Shown piece by piece: positions 22,511 to 31,807 of a stretch of DNA of 32,000 nucleotides. Origin of the DNA: Halomicronema hongdechloris C2206. Its GTDB lineage: Bacteria; Cyanobacteriota; Cyanobacteriia; Phormidesmidales; Phormidesmidaceae. How positions within the stretch are numbered: the first letter of the stretch is position 1; every line of letters begins with the position of its first letter. The stretch is from assembly GCF_002075285.3 (NCBI RefSeq), contig NZ_CP021983.2, positions 4,470,001-4,502,000 of the forward strand. The letters are read 5' to 3'. Both the position numbers and the translations under genes were made by a program. The notes beneath the pieces are model-generated. The model made no database searches. It saw only the letters and a program-made list of their open reading frames with translations, and was not told where the DNA came from.

Positions 22511-23240
22511 TACCCTTCAGCCTTCCATTGCTGTGCCTTGGTGGAAGCGCACAGCGTCCAGTTTGCTTCAGTTAGTGTTAGAAGCCCCTTGCCCCCTCTG
22601 TGAGCGCTCTACCACAGTAGCCGTTTGTTCAGCCTGTCAACGACAGTTGCGACGGTGCCAGTTGTCAGCGGCAGTATCACAACAGATAGGCTTAAGAGTC
22701 TTCGGTTGGGGCAGTTACCAAGGGCCTTTGAGACGGGCGCTGGCTGCACTGAAATACGACCACCAACCACAGATCGCTGACCTGTTAGGAACCTGGCTAG
22801 GGCAATCTTGGCAAGACATTGGTAGGGTTAATACTAATCGTCTCATCGTTGTGCCGATTCCGTTACATGCCATCAAGCAACAACAACGAGGCTACAATCA
22901 AGCTGCCCTCTTAGCAGAGCGATTCTGTCAGCAAGTGAGACTGCCTCTGTCCCGAGATGGTTTGGTACGGCAACGAGCTACTGAAGCCCAATTTGGCTTG
23001 TCAGCAGAGGAACGTCAAGCTAATGTACAGCAGGCCTTTGGCCTAGGACCTCAATGGTTGAAAAGGCGCCCTTCCCAGTCGGTGTTACTGATAGATGATA
23101 TTTTCACCACCGGGGCTACGGCTAGGGCCGCGGCCAACGTCTTGCGGCGTCACGGGATTTCAGTGTGGGGCATCGCAGCGGTAGCCCTCGCTCAGCGTCA
23201 ATCTACCTGCCCAGATAACTCTACCTACAATCTAGATTAG
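22497..23240 (+). CDS. ComF-family protein (phosphoribosyltransferase domain with an N-terminal Cys-rich zinc finger)
   Basis: The Cys pairs are CPLCERS...CSACQRQL. The PRTase motif is VLLIDDIFTTGATARAAANVL. I prefer ATG 22497 (MQLLDTL) over the listed TTG 22485. Confidence 0.85.
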   Translation: MQLLDTLQPSIAVPWWKRTASSLLQLVLEAPCPLCERSTTVAVCSACQRQLRRCQLSAAVSQQIGLRVFGWGSYQGPLRRALAALKYDHQPQIADLLGTWLGQSWQDIGRVNTNRLIVVPIPLHAIKQQQRGYNQAALLAERFCQQVRLPLSRDGLVRQRATEAQFGLSAEERQANVQQAFGLGPQWLKRRPSQSVLLIDDIFTTGATARAAANVLRRHGISVWGIAAVALAQRQSTCPDNSTYNLD

Positions 23241-23282
23241 GGGGCTGTATCCGGCCCCCAGAATGTGTCATCTGGCATCTCT

Positions 23283-24554
23283 ATGACTGTTCTCCCTAGG
23301 TTGTTGCTGCGACGTTGTCGTCTAGTCCACGGCTCTACCGCCGATGAGTTGGTAGACATTGCCATTGAGGCAGGACACATTCAGGCCATTGCCCCAGACC
23401 TGGCGTTTACGGCGACCACAGAAATTGATGTGGGAGGTCATCTGGTCAGCCCGCCGTTTGTCGAATCGCATATTCACCTAGATTCTGTGTTGACGGCCGG
23501 ACAGCCCCGGTGGAACCAGAGCGGTACTCTATTCGAGGGCATCGATATCTGGCGCGATCGCAAACAGTCACTCACGGTAGAGGATGTGCAACGCAGAGCC
23601 CTCCAAGCCCTGAGACAACAAGCTGAACAGGGAGTACTCTATATCCGCAGTCATGTTGATGTCAGCGAGGCTAGCTTAACGGCCTTGAAGGCTCTCTTAG
23701 CAGTCAAGCACCAGGTTAAAGATTGGATCACCCTGCAGCTGGTGGCCTTTCCCCAAGATGGCATCTATAGCCATCCCGACAATGCCACTCACCTGGAGGA
23801 GGCCCTAAGACTGGGGGCCGATGCCGTTGGTGGTATTCCCCATTACGAACTCACTCGAGAAGAGGGAGTGCAGTCGGTTCAGCATGTGTTTGACCTAGCC
23901 GAACGCTATGGACGGTTAATCGATATTCACTGTGATGAGATTGACGACGACCAGTCACGCTTTATCGAAGTCGTGGCTGCCTGTGCCCAGCGCCGTGGTT
24001 GGGGCAGTCGGGTCACTGCAAGCCATACCACTGCCATGGGGTCTTACAACGATGCCTATGCCTTGAAGTTACTAGGGATGCTGCAACGGACAGCGATCAA
24101 TTTCGTTGCTAACCCCTTGATTAATCTCACCCTGCAAGGTCGCACCGATACGTACCCGAAGCGCCGAGGGCTAACCCGAGTCAAGGAGCTATGGCAGCAG
24201 GGACTCAATGTTAGTTTGGGCCATGATTGCATTCAAGATCCCTGGTACAGTCTTGGCACCGGCAGCATGTTAGACGTGGCCTCTATGGCTGTACATGCCT
24301 GTCAGATGACGGGGATACAGGAAATCGCAGCCTGTTATGACATGGTCACTGAGCACGGCGCTAAAACCCTGCAGATAGACGACGACTACGGACTTAAGAT
24401 CGGTAACTCAGCCAACTTGATTGTGCTAGATGCTACAGACCCCTGCGAGGCTATTCGCCGCCGAGCCACCGTACGCTACGTGATTTCTCAGGGGCAGCTG
24501 TTGTTGGAAACGGTTCCGGCTCAGGTTAACTGGAACCCTTCAGGGAATACCTAG
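23283..24554 (+). CDS. codA: Cytosine deaminase
   Basis: [38 protein letters not shown] closely parallels E. coli CodA ([34 protein letters not shown]). The amidohydrolase metal ligands HIHLD, ...IHCDE... and HTTAM are present. The start could also be GTG 23265. Confidence 0.9.
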   Translation: [423 protein letters not shown]

Positions 24555-24716
24555 CCGGATCCGGTAAAAAGGTATAAATTTTGCCTACCCTGACAATAAA
24601 TATCTTGTAAAGCCTGGAACCAATGGCCATCAGGGGTTGCCACTACTCGTCAGAATAACTGTAGTTCCTCAGGGGCTCGATGCACTGCGGTATCGGGTGT
24701 AGCCGAGTCAAGCTAG

Positions 24717-26681
24717 ATGGGTAACGTACTAACCGAGGCTACTTTGCCATCGTTGTCGCCGTCAGGAATGCCCTATGGAATCAGGGACAGGTTGTTCCAG
24801 TTTAGTCGGGACATCGCTGTGTGTTCGCATCTGCAGCCGCACTCTATGTTAAGCCGAACAGTTGGTGGACGCTATCACATTCTCGGTTACCTTGGCGGCG
24901 GTGGCTTTGGCCAAACGTTCTTGGCTGAAGATCGCCATTTACCGGGACATCCCCGCTGCGTCGTCAAGCAGCTGAAACCCCGTAAGACGGATGATGGGGC
25001 TCTGGAGGCTGCCCGCCGCTTGTTTGATGGTGAGGCTCAAGCCCTCTATCAGCTGGGGAACCATGCTCAAATTCCTCGCCTCTTAGCTCATTTCGAGGAG
25101 AATGAGCAGTTCTATTTGGTGCAGGAGTATGTCGACGGCGATTTGCTCAGCAATGAACTACGCCATCGTTGCCTGCCCGAGGCGGAGGTCATCGAGATGG
25201 TGCTCGATATTCTCAAAACCTTGAGTTTTGTCCATGGGCATCAAGTCATTCACCGCGACATTAAACCCTCGAATCTGATTCGGCGTCGATGCGATCGCAC
25301 CATCGTGCTGATTGATTTCGGTTCGGTGAAGCAGGTCAGTAGTCAACCCGTTGAGACCGACGGCTGCATCAGTATCACCATCGCTATTGGCTCCATGGGA
25401 TACATGCCCAATGAACAACTGGCCGGCCAACCCTGCCTCAGCAGCGATATTTATGCGGTGGGCATGTTAGCCCTGCGAGCCCTGACGGGCTTGGATCCAA
25501 AACGTTTTCGCAAAGATCCCCGCACCAGTGAAATTCTCTGGCGGGATCTCGTCACGGTCAGCCCTGCCTTTGCCGTTGTCTTGGACCAAATGGTGCGCTA
25601 TGACCACCGTCAGCGGTATCCCTCAGCCCAAGACGCTCTACAAGCCCTACAAGCGCTGACCCAGTCTGCCGTCTCGCAGCCTTCACAACCTCCGCTAATC
25701 GCAGTGAGCGACGGCTATCTCGCCTGGCTGGAGCGGGGAGATGAATTATTTCAGCATAATCGCTACCATGAGGCCCTCGCGGCTTATGAAAAGGTAATTC
25801 AGGCAAAGCCCAATCATGAACAAGTCTGGTTCAAGTGTGGCCTGGCCTTTGAAAGCATCCAAGATTTCGAGCAGGCCATTGCAGCCTACGACCGGGTTAT
25901 CCAACTGCAGCCCCATGACTACCTGCCCTGGCTCAAACGGGCCAATGTCTTAGGAGCGCTTCAACACTATGACAGGGCCTTAGCAGCGTACGATGAAGTA
26001 CTACGGCTACAGCCAGAAAATTACTGGGCTTGGAATGATCGGGGACAGCTTCTAGAGAAGCTCCAGCAAGTTGAAGAGGCCCTGACCGCCTACGATCGCG
26101 CCATTCAACTCAAGGCCGATTTCCAGTTAGCGTTAGATAATCGTAAGCGTTTGTTGCTACGGCTACAGCGGGTAGAAACTCTCTATCAGCTGCAGTACTA
26201 TGACGAGGTGATCGCAGCTTGCGATCGCGCTCTTCGTCAGGACTCAGACGACACCGGTGCGTGGTTGATGCGAGGCATGGCCTTAGAAAACTTGGACCGG
26301 CTACCAGAGGCTGCTCTGTCGTACCATCAGGTCGTGATGCGACAAAAAGACGATCACATTACCTGGTTCAAGCTCGGTCACGTCATGGAGAAACTTCGCC
26401 GATACCACCAGGCAACGTTAGCTTACAATCAGGTCGTTAGAATTCAGCCAGATAACCATTGGGCTTGGTATCAACGAGGATTTGCTTTGCAATGCCTGAG
26501 TCAACCTCGTAAGGCTCTAGCGGCTTATAATCAAGCTATTCACATCAAGCCCGACTTTCAAGCCGCCCTAACGGCTCGTCAAGCGCTGCTGAATCGTCTT
26601 ACTCACCATCAAAACACTTCGGCAGCAAAGGTAGCTCATTCTGCTGAAGTGGCCACGACCCATACCAACTCCCAATCCTAA
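24717..26681 (+). CDS. Ser/Thr protein kinase with C-terminal TPR repeats
   Basis: The kinase has a canonical glycine loop (LGGGGFGQTF), VVKQLK, HRDIKPSN, DFG and GYMPNEQ. About 8 TPR-like units follow (e.g. YHEALAAYEKVIQAKPNHEQVWFKCGLAF). Confidence 0.92.
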   Translation: MGNVLTEATLPSLSPSGMPYGIRDRLFQFSRDIAVCSHLQPHSMLSRTVGGRYHILGYLGGGGFGQTFLAEDRHLPGHPRCVVKQLKPRKTDDGALEAARRLFDGEAQALYQLGNHAQIPRLLAHFEENEQFYLVQEYVDGDLLSNELRHRCLPEAEVIEMVLDILKTLSFVHGHQVIHRDIKPSNLIRRRCDRTIVLIDFGSVKQVSSQPVETDGCISITIAIGSMGYMPNEQLAGQPCLSSDIYAVGMLALRALTGLDPKRFRKDPRTSEILWRDLVTVSPAFAVVLDQMVRYDHRQRYPSAQDALQALQALTQSAVSQPSQPPLIAVSDGYLAWLERGDELFQHNRYHEALAAYEKVIQAKPNHEQVWFKCGLAFESIQDFEQAIAAYDRVIQLQPHDYLPWLKRANVLGALQHYDRALAAYDEVLRLQPENYWAWNDRGQLLEKLQQVEEALTAYDRAIQLKADFQLALDNRKRLLLRLQRVETLYQLQYYDEVIAACDRALRQDSDDTGAWLMRGMALENLDRLPEAALSYHQVVMRQKDDHITWFKLGHVMEKLRRYHQATLAYNQVVRIQPDNHWAWYQRGFALQCLSQPRKALAAYNQAIHIKPDFQAALTARQALLNRLTHHQNTSAAKVAHSAEVATTHTNSQS

Positions 26682-26787
26682 TCTGAAATTTCCTGATAGC
26701 AGGAGATTGGAAACGTAGATCTGACAGTGCACTACTTCTATCGCTAAACCCAGCTAAAGATTACTTGGAGACTTCTTTGGTTCTTAA

Positions 26788-26826
26788 CCCTGTGAGCTGC
26801 CCCTGTGAGCTGCCCCTGTGAGCTGG
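26788..26826. repeat. 13-bp tandem repeat CCCTGTGAGCTGC x3
   Basis: Read directly from the sequence; the third unit ends in G instead of C. It is intergenic, about 105 nt downstream of the kinase stop codon. Confidence 0.9.
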
Positions 26827-27102
26827 ATGACGGTCTGCATAAATTTTGTAACGATCTGATAGGTCTACCCTCCAGGCCTATCAATCATGCTCACGCCCCC
26901 TGGGAACTTTGAAAAACACTCTAAGAGATAGAAGTATACAAGCAGCACCATCTGTCTCTGCCTGTCCTTTTCCCAGCCTATTACCGCCCATCGATAGCAG
27001 AATGATAGATAATAAGCCAGGACTTCCCGAGAAACTACTGATGAGTCTCTGCTAGGCATTGGGAATCCTAACACTATCGCTAGTGTCACCCCTTCTCCAA
27101 TT

Positions 27103-27855
27103 ATGGCGACCCCAATCATCCTTATTCGTCCCTGGGTAGCCCAGACTTCCCCAACCGAGCCATCGGGCCCTCGGCCAGATCAGGCATGGATGATATCCAG
27201 CGGGATTTTGCTCATCTTCCTCATCAGCTTAGGCATTGTTTCGCAAGTGCGCTATGGCCGTCTACGTAAGAAGCTACGGTTTGAGGAATTCAAAAATCGA
27301 GAGCTGCAAAAGCGGGTCAAACTAGCCCTGAGTACTATCTCTAAAATGGAGCGGAATCCTGACCTGATTCACTCCCGAGAGGTCAATCTGGACTACTTAA
27401 GAATGCGGATGCAAGAGGAACTGTTCCATTTCGCCATCCTCAATCAACTAAAGGTGAAAGTCAAACAAAAAGTTAGTATCGCCCTCAGGCCGCGACAGGC
27501 AGATGCAGGATTGATTGGCATTGCCAGCAAACCTCGTCAAGTCGACCAGATCTTCGATGTGGAATATGCCCTTCACAATGGTCCCAATGTCCGCAAGCGT
27601 GTCCTCTTCCGCATCCAGATTAAACTGGCAAAACTGCCGACCCAACCTACATCGGTAACAATCAATCAAATTATTGACTGCATTGAAACCTTCCTCAGCA
27701 CAGATGTGGATGCCAAGAACTGGCAACCTACCTTGCAAGGGCGGATTGCTTACATGCACTGGGATCAAAAGGCGAAACCCACCCCATTGCTAGTCTTGGA
27801 GCAATCAAACGAAGGCGTCAATGTCACGTTACGCAGCACCAATCGAATTGCTTGA
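27103..27855 (+). CDS. Hypothetical membrane-anchored protein (one N-terminal transmembrane helix plus a coiled-coil-like segment)
   Basis: A 250-aa ORF. The hydrophobic stretch is ISSGILLIFLISLGIV, followed by a basic and helical stretch (RLRKKLRFEEFKNRELQKRVKLAL). I recognise no catalytic motif. Confidence 0.6.
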   Translation: MATPIILIRPWVAQTSPTEPSGPRPDQAWMISSGILLIFLISLGIVSQVRYGRLRKKLRFEEFKNRELQKRVKLALSTISKMERNPDLIHSREVNLDYLRMRMQEELFHFAILNQLKVKVKQKVSIALRPRQADAGLIGIASKPRQVDQIFDVEYALHNGPNVRKRVLFRIQIKLAKLPTQPTSVTINQIIDCIETFLSTDVDAKNWQPTLQGRIAYMHWDQKAKPTPLLVLEQSNEGVNVTLRSTNRIA

Positions 27856-28425
27856 CACCCGATGAGGTCGTCTCTACCCGTTTGGAGCTTATACCGAGTC
27901 CAGCTCGAGATTTGAAGTGCTACCCTAGGCAAAACTCTGGGCCTAGACATGGACATGGCTTAATCTTTTGAGGTGACCATAGTAATCATCATTCCACTCC
28001 CCTGATCCTATTAGATATTGTTGGCCTGGGGCGTAGCCGTTCACAACCTTGCTGCGCCTTGGAATCGCTGGAAAACCGGTACATCCCTGAAGAGAGAACT
28101 GCTGTAAGCATCTCCAAAGCCGGGAAAAATATTCTAAATTCATCTGTAATCTGTATCCTCAAAATCTAGAGAAATTACGGATGATATTTGTAAATTAGCT
28201 ATTCAGACACGGCAAAATAAGACGATTTTAAGCACTTATACCAGTATATTTTTAGGGTATCGATATAATCCCTGATATGTTCTACTTTAGGCTCTCAAGA
28301 GGCTTTATATAATTACCCTTGGCTATTGGCTGTAGCCTGGGCATACTAGCCGTATAGGGGGAATAGGATTTGCGATCTAATCACTCCTATCCACTTCGTT
28401 TATTTCTATATATACGGTCAGACTC

Positions 28426-28758
28426 ATGTTGGAAGATACAGCTAGATCCCCCCTTGGGGATACGAGTAAGACGGTTATCTATATCTTTCCAGATGGCGGG
28501 GCAATGGTTGATTGTCTTGTTGTTAACTCATCGACCACTAAGTTAAGCCCTACAAACCCGGTCTCTGCCTCTTCAGCATCTCAGAATGATTTAGGAGATC
28601 GCCTAGTTCAGGCAGGGATATTAACAGCAGTGCAAAAGCAAGTCGCCCTCTATGACCAACAGGTGACTGGCATGGACTTTAAGGAGGTGTTACTAGCCCG
28701 CGGTTGGATACCGGAAGACGTCTTGAAGTCTTTCCTGGACAACTTATCGGTTGCCTGA
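28426..28758 (+). CDS. Small hypothetical protein with a C-terminal segment resembling the GspE/MshE N-terminal (T2SSE_N-like) helical module
   Basis: LGDRLVQAGILTAVQKQVALYDQQVTGMDFKEVLLARGWIPEDVLKSFL follows the LG..Lv..GlIt..ql..AL..Q...g..lGeiLv..g.i.e..l pattern. This is weak, motif-level evidence only. Confidence 0.5.
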   Translation: MLEDTARSPLGDTSKTVIYIFPDGGAMVDCLVVNSSTTKLSPTNPVSASSASQNDLGDRLVQAGILTAVQKQVALYDQQVTGMDFKEVLLARGWIPEDVLKSFLDNLSVA

Positions 28759-28909
28759 GTCATCTAGCTTGCGCCAGAGAATAACTCCGCCTCACCCCAG
28801 TACTTTCTCTCGCCAGACTCCCCATGTATCCTATTGAGCAGTTCATTACCAGTCGCAATTAGTTACAGTAGCGGATGGTATGACTGTCGTGGCCCCTTAA
28901 GGAGTCTAT

Positions 28910-30817
28910 ATGTGCGGAATCGTCGGATATATTGGCACCCGAGCAGCTAGCGATATCCTCATGGATGGCCTGCGCCGGCTGGAGTATCGGGGATATGATT
29001 CTGCTGGTATCGCCACTGTCCTGGAGGGAGACCTCAAGAGTATCCGGGCTAAAGGCAAACTCCAGAATCTACAGGATAAGCTAGACGGCTGGGAGAATTC
29101 GGCTCGCATTGGCATTGGCCATACCCGCTGGGCTACCCACGGCAAACCCGAAGAGCACAATGCTCATCCCCACGCGGATACGGCTTTTCGCATTGCCGTG
29201 GTCCAAAATGGCATCATTGAAAACTACCGAGAACTCAGGGCTGATCTCAAAGCCAAGGGACACGAGTTTCGCTCTGACACCGATACAGAGGTTATCCCTC
29301 ACCTGGTGGCAGACTATTTGCAGCAATCCTCGGCCATCGAGGGACCACTGCAGCATCTCTCGGCCCTGCTAGAGGCGGTGCGACGGGCCGCTAATGATTT
29401 AGAAGGGGCCTTTGCCCTGGCGATTATCTCTGCTGATTTCCCGGACGAGTTAATTGTTGTGCGTCAACAGGCTCCTTTGGTGATTGGCTTTGGCCAAGGG
29501 GAATTTTTCTGTGCGTCGGATACTCCGGCTTTAGTGCCCCATACCCGAGCGGTTTTGCCGTTAGAGAATGGTGAGGTAGCCCGTCTTACCCCCCTAGGAG
29601 TCGAGGTTTATACGTTTGCCGGGGAACGATTGCGCAAGCATCCGCTAACCCTGAATTGGAACCCCATCATGGTGGAGAAGCAGGGGTTCAAGCACTTCAT
29701 GCTGAAGGAAATTTATGAGCAGCCGGGAGTAGTGCGCACCTGCTTAGACACCTATATCGATGGCACTTGGAGTGCGGATCAATCTGTGATCTCTCCTATC
29801 TGTTTGGGCTTGCCCGATGCCTTGCTGGAGGGGGTAGAGTATGTTCAAATCGTGGCCTGTGGTACGAGCTGGCATGCCAGCTTAGTCGGTAAACATTTGC
29901 TGGAGCAGTTGGCTGGTATCCCCACCATGGTGCAGTACTCTTCGGAATTTCGCTACGCGCCCGCTCCCCTGACTCGCCATACTCTGACAGTGGGGGTGAC
30001 CCAGTCGGGGGAAACAGCAGACACTTTGGCGGCCCTAGACATGGAACAGCAGCGACGGGCGCAGTTTGAAGATGGTGCCCTGGCAGCTCGCTTGCTGGGG
30101 ATTACCAACCGCCCTGAGAGTTCTCTGGCCCGCTTGGTGCCTCATATTATTGATACCCATGCTGGCATCGAAATTGGTGTTGCTGCCACCAAAACCTTCA
30201 CGGCCCAGGTGATGGCCTTTTACTTTCTGGCTCTTGATTTGGCCTATCGTCGTCAGATGCTTTCGGCTGAGCGCTTAGAAGATATCATCGTCGGGCTGCG
30301 GCAATTACCGGCTCAGATTGAATTGGTATTGGAGAGCCAGGAGCGCTATATCGAGGAACTGGCCCATGAGTTTGGCGAAACCCAGGACTTCATCTATTTG
30401 GGCCGAGGCATTAACTTCCCCATTGCCCTGGAAGGGGCGTTGAAGCTGAAGGAAATCAGCTACATCCATGCTGAAGGCTATCCGGCGGGGGAAATGAAGC
30501 ATGGCCCCATTGCCCTGCTAGATGCCAAGGTACCAGTGGTTGCGATCGCAATGCCCGGTTCCGTCTACGACAAAGTCCTCTCCAATGCTCAGGAGGCCAA
30601 GGCTCGGGATGCCCAGCTAATCGGGGTCGTGCCAATGAATGATGAAGATGCCGAAGATACCTTTGATGCCCTGTTGCCGGTGCCGCCGGTAGAGGAGGTG
30701 TTATCGCCAGTATTGGCGGTGATTCCTCTACAGCTGTTGGCTTATCACATTGCCGCCCGCCGCGGCTTGGATGTGGATCAGCCCCGTAACCTGGCCAAGA
30801 GCGTGACGGTAGAGTAA
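28910..30817 (+). CDS. glmS: Glutamine--fructose-6-phosphate aminotransferase (isomerizing)
   Basis: The MCGIVGY N-terminal nucleophile is present, followed by a glutaminase domain (GIGHTRWATHG), two SIS domains (GTSWHA, SGETADT) and the C-terminal KSVTVE. AAGGAG lies 9 nt upstream of the ATG. Confidence 0.97.
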   Translation: MCGIVGYIGTRAASDILMDGLRRLEYRGYDSAGIATVLEGDLKSIRAKGKLQNLQDKLDGWENSARIGIGHTRWATHGKPEEHNAHPHADTAFRIAVVQNGIIENYRELRADLKAKGHEFRSDTDTEVIPHLVADYLQQSSAIEGPLQHLSALLEAVRRAANDLEGAFALAIISADFPDELIVVRQQAPLVIGFGQGEFFCASDTPALVPHTRAVLPLENGEVARLTPLGVEVYTFAGERLRKHPLTLNWNPIMVEKQGFKHFMLKEIYEQPGVVRTCLDTYIDGTWSADQSVISPICLGLPDALLEGVEYVQIVACGTSWHASLVGKHLLEQLAGIPTMVQYSSEFRYAPAPLTRHTLTVGVTQSGETADTLAALDMEQQRRAQFEDGALAARLLGITNRPESSLARLVPHIIDTHAGIEIGVAATKTFTAQVMAFYFLALDLAYRRQMLSAERLEDIIVGLRQLPAQIELVLESQERYIEELAHEFGETQDFIYLGRGINFPIALEGALKLKEISYIHAEGYPAGEMKHGPIALLDAKVPVVAIAMPGSVYDKVLSNAQEAKARDAQLIGVVPMNDEDAEDTFDALLPVPPVEEVLSPVLAVIPLQLLAYHIAARRGLDVDQPRNLAKSVTVE

Positions 30818-31119
30818 GGACACGACTTGGCACATGATGGATAGAGAGGACCGACTGCGCTGCCCAACTCCAACTCAGGCGGGAGGCACGTTTGACCACG
30901 TCCCTGATAAGGTGCGACGGCTGTGGGACAGGGCCTAATACTGGTGCTCACAGAGAATTCCTTATCCCTCAAATACTTGGGACAAGGTTCCCTGGCCATC
31001 GCCATCTAGGGAAAACCTGGACTGCCTATGACATTGGTTGGAAACGTGCCTGAGTTTAACCCCACGCATTCTTCTGTCTGCAACCGCCTGGCCAACACTG
31101 CTGTGTTGTAGGTACTTCA

Positions 31120-31707
31120 GTGACTCTCATTTCTGCTGCCATTATTCTGCTGCTGATCATGGATCCCTTTGGCAACATGGTCACCATCAACACCCTATTG
31201 ACTGAGATCCCGGCAGCGAAGCGGCGACGCATCATCTTGCGGGAAACCCTGATCGCCTACGGCATCTTGCTCGCCTTCCTGGTAGGAGGTAATCCTCTCC
31301 TATCTTTTTTTGGAGTGACCCCGTCCACCCTAAGTATCTCTGGCGGCATTGTCTTGTTTCTGATCGCCCTGGGCATGGTGTTTCCAGATCGCTCCTCAGC
31401 CATGCCCACTCGCCTGGACGCGGACCCCTTCATTGTCCCCATCGCCATGCCGTTGATTGCGGGTCCCAGTGCCATTGCCGCCTTACTCGTCTTTGCCAAA
31501 TCAGACCCCCAGTTACTCTGGAAATGGCTAGGAGCCCTAACCCTAGCCACCACCATCACCGGACTGATTTTGTGGATTTCCCCCTGGCTGTTCCAACGGC
31601 TGGGGCGGCGTGGAGCCCTAGCCGTGGAACGGTTGATGGGCATGTTGTTGATTATCCTCTCGGTACAGATGATGTTGGACGGTGTCGCCCAATATCTGCA
31701 GAGTTAG
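31120..31707 (+). CDS. MarC-family (UPF0056) integral membrane protein
   Basis: A 195-aa protein with about 6 hydrophobic segments. The N-terminal LLLIMDPFGN matches the MarC-family signature (..i.nP.gn). It has a GTG start. Confidence 0.8.
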   Translation: MTLISAAIILLLIMDPFGNMVTINTLLTEIPAAKRRRIILRETLIAYGILLAFLVGGNPLLSFFGVTPSTLSISGGIVLFLIALGMVFPDRSSAMPTRLDADPFIVPIAMPLIAGPSAIAALLVFAKSDPQLLWKWLGALTLATTITGLILWISPWLFQRLGRRGALAVERLMGMLLIILSVQMMLDGVAQYLQS

Positions 31708-31807
31708 TCAGCGCAATACTTTAGACCGATTAAAAGAGGAATGATCTGTGACGAATGATCTATGGTGAGAAGAGCGGGAATTCCCGCGCTCAACCCTAGG
31801 AGAGGCC

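Noticed and set aside
27943-28143. A 66-aa minus-strand ORF in the AT-rich intergenic region.
   Set aside because: It has no ribosome-binding site that I could see, no motif and an odd composition. I mention it only under the intergenic-region finding.
28759-28909. A possible glmS ribozyme or riboswitch in the leader of glmS.
   Set aside because: The leader is short (~150 nt), and I saw no conserved glmS-ribozyme core or pseudoknot-like pairing. As far as I know this ribozyme is a Gram-positive feature and is not expected in cyanobacteria.
31774-31787. A perfect 14-bp palindrome, GCGGGAATTCCCGC, between the MarC-family gene and sdhB.
   Set aside because: It could be a small terminator stem or an operator, but it is short, no T-tract follows it and it is the only copy. 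That is not enough to make a call.
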